The notes under the pieces were generated by a model. It was given only the letters and a program-made list of their open reading frames with translations, made no database searches and was not told the DNA's origin. Positions 52,215 through 64,000 of a stretch of 64,000 nucleotides of DNA are shown here, one piece after another (within the stretch, counting starts at the first letter, position 1; each line of letters opens with the position of its first letter). Made by a program: the position numbers and the translations under genes. This stretch comes from the human T2T-CHM13v2.0 reference genome, Homo sapiens, in the NCBI RefSeq assembly GCF_009914755.1, contig NC_060928.1; one strand, written 5' to 3'.

Positions 52215-55200
52215 AGATGTTGTTCTAGGATCCTGGCTTGGACTTAAGATATACAAAGCTGAAAAGACCATTGGACCCACCCTTATAGCAAAAAATAAAC
52301 AAAAAAGCCACACAGATAATCTGCAAATAACAACTTTTCTTAAAAGTTGAGGTTACAGCATAATCATATTGCTCAGCATCTATGGAAGGGCAGGTGCTTC
52401 CAAAGACAAATTGGACCCTATCACTTGCTTCATTTGGGCAAGTACTGAAAGCCACATAGATCAGAAGAATGAAGCAATTTTAAAAGATTGCAAAACACCA
52501 AGTGTAGTCTATATTGAGAATACACTCATTGCAAGCTAAACACAGTAAGGCAATTTGTATACACTTAGAGTCTTTTTCACAGAATTCAAATGATGTTTAC
52601 AACAAGGACTTAATGCATGTCAAGGGAGGGAAAAAAGCCTCCCTAGTGATCTTGGGAGGAAAATAGCAGCCTTTCCAGAAAAACCACAAAGATATTTCTA
52701 CGCCATATTTTCTTGGAACAAAAGCCTTAAACCTTAGGGAGAAGAGCAACCAAACTGTCTAACATTAGGTCACAAGTGAAGACCAATTGCAGTTGAAGAA
52801 GGGGAATGATAAGACTTGTGGTGGAGGAACATGGATAGGTCTTGGGCCGCCAAAACTAGAAATTTCCTACTGCTAGAAGAGAGGCAGTATCATTGACAAG
52901 GCCCTAATCCCAAGGATACAGTGCTTACCTAACATAGAAAATTATCTGGAATAACAGAGAGGGACCCCACCACTACTGCATACCATAAGGCTAGCAGTCT
53001 AGTAACAAGTAACAGTGTTCTGGATGAGAATAAGAGCATGGAGAGAGACCCTTGCTGAAGCACAGGGCCAGAGGGAAGATTTAAAGCTGGTGATTAAACA
53101 GACACTGAGGAAAACACTCTGGCAAGCCTGCTCCCATCTTATACACAAGTTAATTTGAAGTCTATTGTAAACTGAGAATAACCATAGCAACAACAGACCC
53201 CAAACATACCTCATGTTTTGACTAGATTGATTCAACTCTGACACTAAAGGTCTAATAAAAGCAGAAACATGCCATTTCCAGGCATAAATACTATTTTCCT
53301 TATTTTGTATTCTACAAAAGATAACCAGATTTTACCAAAAATTAATGTGATGCATAAAACACAAGAAAAATAAAACATTATCAAGAGATAAATCAACTAC
53401 AGAACCAGACTTATATCACCCATATGTTGGAATTATCAAATAAGGAATCTAAAATAAATATGACTAATATGTTAAAATCACTAGTGGAAAAAGTAGACAT
53501 ACATGAATGAATGAAAAATTTTATCAGAGAGACAGAAACTCTGAGTAAGAATCAAAAGGAAATGCTAGAAATAGAAATCAAACTTAACAGTGAAAAAGAA
53601 TGCATTACCCAGAGGAATACAAAGAAAAATATTTGCAGACTTTTAATCTGAAACTATGTTAGCCAAAAGACAATAGAGTAACATCTATAAAGAAATGGAA
53701 GGAAGAACAGCCCTACCAATGCAGAATTCTATACCCAGTGAAAATGTCTGTGAGACATTAGGAGATTAAAGACTTTTCCATGTAAACAAAAGTGAGAGAA
53801 TTCATGAAGAACAGACCCAGACTATTAAAAAAAGTTTAAAAGTTCTTATGCAGAATGAATATTATTCCAGATTAAAACATGGAACAATAAAAAGAAATGT
53901 AAAACATTGGAAAAGGAATAAATAAATGTAAATGTGTTTTTAATTGTTCTAAAAATAACTGTCTAAAGCAAAAATAGTACCAATGTATTATTTGTTTATA
54001 GAATATGTAAATTTATAATAATAAAAACAAAAGATATGAAGGAAGAATTGGAAATATACTGTTGTTAGCTTCTTATACTACACATGAAAAGATATACTAC
54101 TATTTGAAAGCAGACCATATTTTATTAAAGAAAGATGCTTATTGAAAACCTTAGAATTCCCTGAAAAACTAAAATACTGAAGATAAAATAGAATATAAAT
54201 ATTACTTCATTAACTTAATAAAAGGCAACAAAAATATCCCTAAATAACAGAAACACCAAATAGGAAATATCTATCAAGATGACAAATTCTAACTTAACCA
54301 TATCAATAATTAAATGTAAATGATCACATCAATTAAAGTATATTACTACTGATCCTAAAGATATTAAAATAATAATATTGTTAAAAATAATAATATAACC
54401 GACTTTCAACAATTTAGCTGTTTTGATGAAATGGACAATTCCTTTAAGGACACAAATTGCCAAGCTCATTCAAGAATGGATTAAGGAATATCTACACAAT
54501 GGAATACCACTTGATGATAAAAAGAAATAAATTATTTGATACATTTTTAACATCACTATTTATATTATCCTGAATGTAAACATCAGATTTCTAGATTAAG
54601 AAAAGATTACTATTAATTATAACAATAACTGCATTGGTTTCCAACATCCTAATTCTTCCTCTTCCTGGGGCATTGTGATGAGAGACATATGGACCCTGCA
54701 TGTATACTAAAGAGGATTTCTTGCACCATGAGAGAAGAATTGGAGATTATGAATCTTGGAGGTTATATAAGTTGTGGCCACCACAATCCACCTTTCCTGG
54801 GAGAGATAGAGAAATACTTGCTCCCTGGTTATTTAAAATCTTTTGAAATTTAAGTCACCAGTTTTATTGTTCGAGGTTTTATTGCTCTTTGAAAAGTAAA
54901 GAAGGGCTATCTGGAAATAAAGAGAAAAGTTTCTACCCCAGAAAGCTAGCATTTTGCTCCAGAAGTTTTTAAATTTTATTACTCTTTAAATGTGAATAAG
55001 AGCTCTGGGTCTAATACCCTTTGACCTCTAAGACTGTCCTTTAATTTAGGTTTCTGTAAAATTTGCTCAGAAAGCTTTTATCATGAAGACACATGGAAAT
55101 ATTCATTTGTTGACACTATTTCTAGATACAATAACATGGATAAATATCAGATGCATTAGGTTAAATGAAAGAACCTGAACTCATTTTTGTGACATTGTGG

Positions 55201-55420
55201 AAATGGCAAAACTAGAGGAACAGAAAGTCAGGTTTCCAGCCACTGGGGTTTTAGGAGTAGTTGACTAACAGAGGTCACAAGGTTATTTGGGGGGGTGTTT
55301 TAACTTTTCTACATCTTGATTGTGGTGATGGTTTCAAAACTGTGTGTATGTGTCAAACTCATAGAGCTGTGCACTAAAGAGGAAAAGTTTTACCATATAT
55401 AAATTTTATGTTAATAACAA
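52215..55420 (+). mobile_element. Ancient L1M (5'UTR, ORF1, deleted ORF2, 3' end)
   Basis: 5' end resembles the 18925 element ('cagataatctg'). ORF1-like 'atgttggaattatcaaataagg' and 'agaattctatacccagtgaaaat'. 3' 'acatcttgattgtggtgatggtt'. Confidence 0.7.
54546..55130 (-). mobile_element. Probable old LTR inserted in L1 (MER110-like; tentative)
   Basis: Non-L1 insert between 'tatttgatacat' and 'ataacatggataaat'. Minus strand starts 'tgtatctagaaatagtgtcaac...catgtgtcttcatgataaaagctttctgagc'. Confidence 0.4.
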
Positions 55421-56129
55421 AAAGAAGCTCTGGAGCAAATATTATACATTTTCTTGAAAATCATTTAATTTTGGAACTGTGAAAATACATTTTATTTAGT
55501 AAACAGAGAAAATATGTTTTTAGTTGTCTTTTAAAATGCTGTTACAAAGTTTACATTCTCATTAGGTTTCGAATAAAAAAGCTTTTGAGTAAATAGAAGA
55601 CTATCCAATAAGATGTTGAAATTAAAGACAATACATAGTCCTAAGTCTAAATAGACTGAAGTATTATCAAAGGCAGAGGATTTGGGAGGAGCTAACTTCA
55701 AATAACTTATTTTCAAAAGACTTTCAAATGAGCCAACTCCAAATGACAGATCATCTGGCTCAAAATCTTTTTGGCTGATTTTTAAGAGAGGCTATTTTGC
55801 TTCCTTCACTTAATTTTATTAAGAAGAAAGTAGATAATTTGAATTGGCTCAAAATTACTCTATGATCAACAGCAAAATTGAAAAAGGGGTCCACAATTGC
55901 AACCACAGTTAGTTTTGATAGTGTGCATAACCGTTAGTGGCCAAAGTGATTTAGAGTGGGGTTAGCCTCTGAATTTGAATATTTAATCTCCAAAATTGAT
56001 TATATAGAAGACAGCATTGTAAGATTGTATGAGTAAATGTAAAATATTGTCATTAAAAAATCTGAGTTTATTTAGTATACATTTTCCTTCCCATGAACAG
56101 CTATCAGGGTACAGATTAAGGGCACTACT

Positions 56130-56412
56130 ACTCTGGAGGTAGACAGACTTTGGGTTTAAGCATTTGTTTTTTCATTTATAATCTGTTAGGTTGGTGCAAA
56201 AGTTGGCAAAAACTGCAATTACTTTTGCACGAACTTAGTATGTGTCTTGGACAAGTCATTTAATTATCCTAACCTCTTTCCTGACCACCAAAATGGAAGT
56301 AAAACCAATATATATTAATGTAGTTCTAAATACTAAATGGTGTAGGAACATAGAGAACACATTTAAAATGGTTCTACTCACAGGGTAAATACCTCAAACA
56401 ATAGCTGTCATT
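56130..56412 (+). mobile_element. MIR
   Basis: 'actctggaggtagacagactttgggttt...cttggacaagtcatttaa...aaaatggaagtaaaac'. Confidence 0.7.
56186..56238. mobile_element. MADE1 (Hsmar1-derived MITE), internally deleted
   Basis: TIRs 'ttaggttggtgcaaaagt' and 'aaaaactgcaattacttttgcacgaacttag'. Confidence 0.85.
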
Positions 56413-57949
56413 ATGAGGTTCATGTACTTCCTGTATCATTCCTTGGAGTTTCTGGATCTTGTCTTATAAAGGAGATGGTATGTCCTTACAAAGTAGCAAG
56501 TAGCTAAAATATAAGAAATACGTTTTGTGTATATATATATATGCAAATATATAACTGCAATATGTATTACAGTTCCAATATTAAAAATAAATCTATGTGT
56601 ACTTTAGATAGTTTTAAGAATCTTCTTCAACTTTCTTGCTTTGTTAAATAATTGACTAGTTAAAAAAAGGGGTGGTTTCCATTATTCATACTGGAGTAAC
56701 AAATGTAAATAAGATACTGTCCTTACGAACCTCTTAAATGTTTTCTGTAACATGTTCTGGAAACTAAGTTAAAATCCATTTAATTTTGAGAGTTTTATCA
56801 TTCCTCTTGAGATAATAAATTTTTTGGCAGAGCCAGTGGGGGTTGGTGTTGACAGGGATGGGGCTTACAAAATTAAAGAAGAGATTTAGCTATTTTAGAA
56901 ATATTATGTTTGTTTATATTACTTTATTTCTCAAAATGTTTCTAAAGTGTTTTTTAGGACTTTCCTATTGTTCTTGTTTAGAAAATGATAATCTAAGGTA
57001 CCACTCTTTTTTGCAAATTGAAAAAAATGTCATTTACTGCCTTTAAACTTCCATTCCTTTTTCCAAGAGAGAACACTTACTTTCAGAGTATAATTTTGGA
57101 GAGATCATTAAAAGGTTCCCTGACAACTGGATTCTTAAGGCTTCTTCCTCCCTTTTCCTCTATTGTCTTTGTTCAAGAATGCAGAAGCTAAGACAAATGC
57201 CAAAGGAGTATGCCCTTTCTGGGAGAAATATGGCATAACATTACTTAAATGTTATAACTATAGGCATAGTTGGACAGTTGTATCTGTCCAACTCTGAACT
57301 TTGACTTCACTATTTTATTGTAATCTATTATCAGGAACCAGAGGCCTGGCTTTGAAAACTTAAGAGTATTTTATTTTAATTCTGGACCTTGATATTTTAA
57401 AAGCTGAAAATGCCAGAGTTTCAAGTTGTTTTCTCAGTGCTTAAGAGTCTTGGTATGAAGCATAACTTCCTCACAGAGAGTGTCAACATGCCAAATGACT
57501 CTCAGCTACCCTGGTATTTGTACAATTCTCAGTCCTTAAGATCTAGCCACAAAGCATATGTGAAAGGAATCTTTCAAAACTACCCAATGTTAAAAAGAAA
57601 AGTGACTTAATTCAGAGAATACATGCCAAAAGTAATTTGCATCTCTAAGGAAATTTGATCAACAAGTTAGAGGAGAATGAAAACCTTTTCAAAAACAGGA
57701 TCACTATAATGATGTTCTCATAAAGTGACACTAAACATATGCCATAGTGTGTTTTGCTTCTAATAAATTATAATAGAAAAGGGTAACTTAGCAATAAAGA
57801 CTCAAGAGGCAGCTAGGGAACAGACAATGTGAGTGCCACAAGTCTGAGTTTCTCAGTGACCCCAAAGCAGCAATGATCCATCTGGTGATGTTGGGAAGAA
57901 AGGATAGCCCCTCAGGTAGTTACGGTATGGAATTGCTCAAATCTTTCAA

Positions 57950-57950
<1 letters not shown>

Positions 57951-58017
<67 letters not shown>

Positions 58018-58044
58018 TGTATAAAATATATATATATGTATATA
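57951..58044. repeat. (TA)n(TG)n compound microsatellite at the L1 tail position
   Basis: Seen directly. Confidence 0.95.
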
Positions 58045-58501
58045 AATTTTACTTGAAGTTCTGGCATAAATGTGCAGAATGTTCAAGTTTGTTACATAGG
58101 TATACATGTGCCATGGTGGTTTGCTGCACCTATCAACCCGTCATCTAGGTTTTAAGCCCCCCAAGCACTAGACATTTGTCCTAATGCTCTCCCTCCCCAT
58201 GACCCCTACCCACCAACAGGTCCAGTGTATGATGTTCCCCTCCCTGTGTCCATGTGTTCTCGTTGTTCAACTCCCACTTATGAGTGAGAACATGTGGTAT
58301 TTGGTTTTCTGTTCCTGTGTTAGCTTGCTGAGGATGATGGTTTCCAGCTTCATCCATGTCCCTGCAAAGGACATGAACTCATTCCTTTTTATGGCTGCAT
58401 AGTATTCCATGGTGTGTATGTGCCACATTTTCTTTATCCAATCTCTCATTGATGGGCATTTTGATCAGTTCCAAGTCTTTGCTATTGTAAATAGTGCTGC
58501 A
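58045..58501 (-). mobile_element. L1PA7/8-like 3' end, 5'-truncated
   Basis: 'catctaggttttaagcccc...caactcccacttatgagtgagaacatg'. 20-bp TSD at 57929-57948 and 58502-58521 with 2 mismatches. Confidence 0.92.
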
Positions 58502-58669
58502 GGAATTGTTCAACTCTTTCAGTTCTGCAAGGTAGCCAGAAAGTCATATTAGGAGCCTTATCTGGAAGTTCTCCACCAATCATACTCCCGAACATCACTG
58601 CATGTGTTTTTACAGCTATTGCCAAATGGTTTGTTGAATTAAAAAATAAGAATGTGTGAACCAGCTTTC

Positions 58670-58990
58670 AAGTCATGGTTTCTGTATTTATTAAATATGT
58701 CTCTTTTTCAAGTCACATACTCTCTCTCTGAAGTCCACTCTCCCAATCTGTAAAATGGGCATTATGGTTTACCTCGTGGGGTTTTAGGATGATGTTGTGA
58801 GGCTGTAAAGTTTTTGAGGACAGGGCCCTGTGCCCTTGTTTGTTGCTCTATTTCTAGTGCTATTCCAGTGCTTGTCACAGAGTAGATGCTCAATCAATAT
58901 TTGTTGAATTAGTGAAATGAAAAGACAACAAATAAAGTATTTGAGCATGACTTACAAGAACTTAATATACAAGTACAAATTATCATTATA
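58670..58990 (+). mobile_element. MIR with a nested L2 3' end (~58800-58915)
   Basis: 'atctgtaaaatgggcatt' (MIR) and 'tgaggacagggccctgtg...gtagatgctcaatcaatatttgttgaat' (L2). Confidence 0.7.
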
Positions 58991-61900
58991 AAGTATTCAA
59001 CCAAAATGAACATGCAAAATCACATCATTAATTTTGCCAGGTTTAAATTGATTTGCTTTAATTTTATATATGAAAGGATTATTTTGAAAACTGCAAAATA
59101 TTTTAATGTAAATTTTAGTCATCTCTTTACAAAGGAAAATATGATGACCATCAACACTTCTAATTTGAGTGATGATGTTGGTCAGTCAAGGACAGGGAGA
59201 TATTTTCTCTTGCGGGTTATTATACGACCGAATATGCTATAATGACTATTGGGTTTCCTCAGAACAATATGTCATTGGTATGACTCCAAATCCTGAGTGA
59301 ACCTAGCACAGTAAATCTTGCAAGACTAGAAATATTCTTTGTTAATGACAGATTTTTTGTTCTCAAATGCATCATAGTAAAAGCTACCTAAAGAGATCAT
59401 CTGCTGGTCACAGCAATATTTTGTCAAAAGGAGCCATTAACCAAAGTGCCTGCTTCTTTAGTATAAAACCAAGGCTAAGAAAATCTTTAATTAATGATGG
59501 TCTCTCAAATTGGGTATTGTTTTACTTTTTTCCAGTATATTTCAGGAATTTTGTATATCCAAAGTCTTTTCAGCATGAACATTAATACTTATGTCCTGTT
59601 GGAAAAAAATTTAGAAATTGTTAAACATGCTTTTCTCCAATTTAATGTTTTTCTTACCCTGTACATTACTTTTTCGTTCATTCAACAATGTGGATATCAA
59701 CTGGTAGCCCAAATCATTATTTCTAACTTCCTACCTTTTAACATGATATGTTCTGTGTCCTCACTTTATTTTGTAAGAGTTCAGGTGCTCATTCTGTTTA
59801 CAAATAACTTCACATTATTTGATGTTTATTTGTATCTGAAAATCTGCTCATTTACTTTCCATTCACAAGTAACAAAATATTTTTCCTGTAAGAGACATCA
59901 AAAGGCACATAAGGAAAGAATACTCATATATTTTTAAGTCTAAAATTTATTTCTAGAAGATAAATTTAAGAAAATATCATGGCCAATGTAAAGCATTTCA
60001 AATATGGAATCAAAAAAGCTTTTCGAATATGGACATGCATGTGATTCTGTTTGATATCTTCTTTTTTTGTACACAGTGCGTTTTATTATAACAGAGAATT
60101 TAAAAATACAATCAGAATAGTGTTTTATAACTTACTGTACATAAGGAAAATGTAATTTCTTCTATTTGATTAATGATTAATCCTCAGTGTTTATTCTCAG
60201 ATTTAATCCTCTCTGTTCATTCAATGGTACATAAACTCTAAAACGTCCTCATTTTGGGCAAAGTATTAAGAAGATAATATGTATCATTTATTTATCATAG
60301 AATTTTACCCTACCACATTTTGTGATTGTATTCCCATTGTCAAATATATCATACAAATGGTACATAAATTAACAGTTTAAATGTAATAAAAATTATATTT
60401 TTTGTCAGCTGACTTTTTTTCTGATTGCAGAAAACATAATTGGCTTTTTAAACTTATTGATATGAAGTCAATTATTTGATATCCAATGTTTTAAAATGTA
60501 AATTCTAATTATTTATATGTCATTTATTAAAGTGTCTATTTCTCTCATGAAAAATTGAGGAAAGATTTTATTTCACCCTATCCAAGAGTATATTCAAATT
60601 GAATATTTTCTACATTTTATGAAATGATTTTGCTGGTTTAAATATGGTACTTAAAAATAATTCTATATACTTATAAGCAATGATGACTTTTTTATTTTGA
60701 TTTTTTGTTCTTCTGGAAATATAGAAAGTATGTATAGATCTTCCTCATAGCTTGAGAAGTATACCTAGGTCATACACTAACCACATGACAATTATTTTGT
60801 TATGTGAGAAAGATTTTGTTGAATACTTACTGTCAAGAAAATACAAATTAGCTTTAATTTTTTTAATTTTATGAAATATTATTTTTTGTGTAAATCAAAA
60901 GGAAAAGTAAAAGTTTGACATATAACACAAGCTATTTCTTATACAAAATAGGGGTTGTCTGAGAAAGTCTTCTAAAGAAAGGAAAGAAAAAAATGTTAAG
61001 AAGGAAAACAGTAAAGAATAGAGTTAGGTGATCCTAGAAAAGCTAAAACAAGATAAGAGAGAGTAATCAAATCATCAGAGGAATAGCTGAGAGGAGTAGG
61101 AAAAAGACAAATATGGATTATTGAAGAATGAAGGGGCAGCAGCTTTATAGTGTAAGTCTTGGCAGAAAAGCTATTGCTGGTTACCCGTATTCTATTTAGA
61201 TTCAGCATGTGTTGTGATATTCCCAGAAATTAAGAGTTAGTGAGATCGGGGTTATTTTTCCCCAGAGAGAAAAAAAACCCGAGACTGGAGAAATTAAAGA
61301 TAGAAAGCCTGCCTAGGGACTGGGCTTCCAAGAGGCACTGCATACCTGCAGATGAGTTTAACAGTAGGGCTCCTCAAGAACAAGGACCTTGTATTTATAG
61401 AGATGCAGCTGGAGCCACAAGTGCCTGGGGATTGAGCGGGTTTTAGGAATAGAAGCTCACACTGACAATAAATTGGCTTGGAACTGCACTTATCTTACAG
61501 TCAATCCAAACTGTCATGGACCTATCCTATTGGAATGAAAATGGCAGAATCAGCTGATATGAGGGAGAACTTAGGGTGTACTTTAAGCTTCAAATACTCC
61601 ATGGCCCAAGAATTCAATTCCACTAGTCTCTCCATATGTCCTAAAGCCACTCTGTGGTAATTCAGCATGCCAGAAGTCTCCAGATCCACTTGAGCTTTTC
61701 TAAACTTAATAGCCAGAAATGAGCTATTAACTTAGGACCGTAACTAAAATTAATATGGGGTATGGATAAGCAAGACTCTGGGGGAGTCATTATCTGTCTT
61801 CCAGATGCAGGGGTGGGGGAAGTATGGGAGTAACTGTGCATCTTAAAATATTCATATTCTTTTGGCCCCAGTCCAGATCCTGACTAATAATTTTGAAATG

Positions 61901-62709
61901 CTGAGGACAGAAGTTAAACAGGCATCTAGATCCATGTTCACTAGGGAGCTCTTGATCAGCTAGCAGCAGGCCAGTAGTGAGAAAAGTGTATGAATCTTGA
62001 AGCCATGCCAAGAAAATAAAACCCAGTGGTTCAGGGCCTATTGTAGGTACGAATGGAGAGAGAGAGTTCAGATGAGGGTGAAGATCAAAGTCTGAGAAGG
62101 AAGGATTGATTGAGCAGGAGACAACTGTGTAAGTGCAAATTGCATAAACTTAAGGAAGCTCCTTCTTGTTAATGGCTCAGGAACAATAAAGACCAAAGAA
62201 CACAACCAGAGCCTTACGTGTGTTTCCGATTCTCCTGCCTAAATACTGATGAGAGAATGATGGTGAAATGAAAGAGGATATAAAAGCAATGGGTCAGGAT
62301 TATAGTCTATTTGGAGTCAACTCTTACAATGCTCAGGCATTTAGAAAAGGAAATCAATGTTATTTAATTAGAATTAATTAGAATTAATTAGCATGTCATT
62401 TGCTACATAAACTAAGGTGACTTTCTTGTTTTCCTTTTAATATTTCCTGAAAAGTTTCTGTGATTATTATCTGTAGCTTAGTTTCCCAAAGGACTTTTTG
62501 TTTAATTTTAGCCTCCCAAAAGTCATCAAGAAAAATGTCGATGTGTTGCTCACTGTAAATAATTTGCCATTTTTCTTTTCCAGATATTGTTTTGGGAAGA
62601 TTAGGCCATAAAAACTAGAGCCAGCTCTAAAAGCTAAACTTAATATTAAGTAAAGCTTTTTACATATTATTTAAATTATATTTATAACTGTAATATGGAT
62701 ATTAAATAC

Positions 62710-62945
62710 AAATAATAAAAACAAATACTATGTTGTTGACTGCATGCTTCACATGTAGCAACTGCTTCACACATATTAACCCATTTAGTCATCACCACTT
62801 TTGAAGTAGGTATTACTCTTACTCATTGCTTACAGAGAGGACACTGAAGCAAAAAGTGATGAAATAACTTCTTCAGGGTCACAGTTTGTAAACTTCTAAG
62901 CCAGGATTCAGACTTAAGCAATATACCCCCGTGCTTATCCAATGT
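62710..62945 (-). mobile_element. MIR
   Basis: 'tgaagtaggtattactcttactcattgcttacagagaggacactgaagc'. Confidence 0.7.
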
Positions 62946-63851
62946 ATTCCCCTACCTCTATTGGAGAAGAAACATGCACACATACACATACATGTTCACA
63001 CACATAGAGACACATTTGAAAAAAAAAAGCTTTACCTCAGATCAAAATGAGATGAAATCAATGAAATAAATTTGTGCTAGGAAGCATGTTTGGAATAATA
63101 TTGCCAGACAAGAAAAGGCTTTAATATCAATAGATCCCTAAAAGCCAAATGCCCGCTCTCGAGGATCATGGCCACAAAAAAAAAAAAAAAAAGAAATCAA
63201 GAAACTGCAGGATCAAGTAAAAACCAATTAAGGTAGTTCATCATCATTCACCAAACTAGGTCTGTTACCAATGACTTATATCTAAACAGAACTCTTCCTA
63301 TGGCCTCAGAAATAAATGAGGCTCTAATTTTTTTCTTTCTTGTCTCATAAATATCATTATGTAAAAGTATCTCCTTGATTTGCTTGTTCATTCAAGGGAA
63401 ACTTGAAGGAAATTTATCTTTATCTAGTCATTGGTCCATTTTGTTCTGTGACTCCTCATGGCCTTCAGGTACACTAACCAGGTCTACTAACAAACTTCTA
63501 CCTGAGGCAAATTGAAACTTAAGAGATAATTTCAAAGAAAGTGGTTTAAGAATCTTTGTCTCTGAACCCTGAACCAAGTTATGACATATTAATAATTAAA
63601 AAAATAATTTGGGCAAGCATTTTGCCCATTACCTGCATGATTATTGCTATGCTTAGTTTCACATTATTATGGGCAGTCCTGATGCCCACCTTCCCACAGC
63701 AAGGAGAGTGAGGATGATAAAGGAAAATTAAGCAGAAATGACTTGACAGAAAGAGAACAGAGGCTGAAAATAGAAATGAAAGAGGAAAATGAGTTTTGGA
63801 GACATGGAAAAAGAAAAATAAAAGAGAATACTTGAGAATAAATTAGAAGAG

Positions 63852-64000
63852 TTTTTTTATATATATACTTTAAGTTCTAGGGTACATGTGCACAACATGC
63901 AGGCTTATTATATAGGTATACATGTGCCATGTTGGTTTGCTGCACCCATCAACTCGTCATTTACGTTAGGTATTTCTCCTAATGCTATCCCTCCCCAGCC
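63852..64000 (-). mobile_element. L1PA5/6-like 3' end, continues beyond the window
   Basis: 'tatactttaagttctagggtacatgtgcacaacatgcagg...gtatttctcctaatgctatccctcccc'. Confidence 0.92.

Noticed and set aside
51810-52313. Poly-Lys and poly-Leu ORFs
   Set aside because: Translation of the GAA repeat
57268-57293. Perfect 10-bp inverted repeat agttggacag-6nt-ctgtccaact
   Set aside because: Short enough to be plausible by chance in 64 kb, with no supporting context
59141-59296. Possible C/D-box snoRNA (RTGATGA at ~59141 and ~59169, CTGA at ~59293)
   Set aside because: No terminal stem and no recognisable rRNA antisense element. These motifs are common by chance.
59494-59937. 147-aa hydrophobic ORF
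   Set aside because: Composition follows the T-rich DNA. No recognisable homology or gene structure.
61208-62250. Possible ancient LTR or other repeat (higher GC, TATA- and AATAAA-like motifs)
   Set aside because: I could not assign termini, TSD or family by eye. It needs an nhmmer/Dfam search.
63030-63210. Possible minus-strand exon (donor ctgag|gtaaag near 63035)
   Set aside because: Acceptor ambiguous and no coding signal. Isolated splice-like motifs are frequent.

Overview
AT-rich primate (human-like) genomic DNA, intergenic or deep-intronic. Most of the window is degenerate interspersed repeat: LINE-1 of many ages, L2, MIR, AluJ/AluS, MaLR LTRs (MLT1, MSTA, THE1), ERV1/ERVL solo LTRs, an ancient ERVL gag-pro-pol relic, one MADE1 MITE and several microsatellites. 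I can support no protein-coding gene, structural RNA gene or CRISPR array. The ORFs I can interpret are repeat-derived or low-complexity, and I recognise none of the rest. Subfamily names come from recalled consensus sequences, not a database search, and boundaries of old elements are approximate. The most notable unexplained structure is a set of five short, locally templated duplications (inverted and direct) between 14 and 41 kb. Four lie at or near truncated THE1/MST elements and resemble fossil template-switch repair scars. There is also an MLT2A-LTR/THE1-internal chimera joined at a microhomology.
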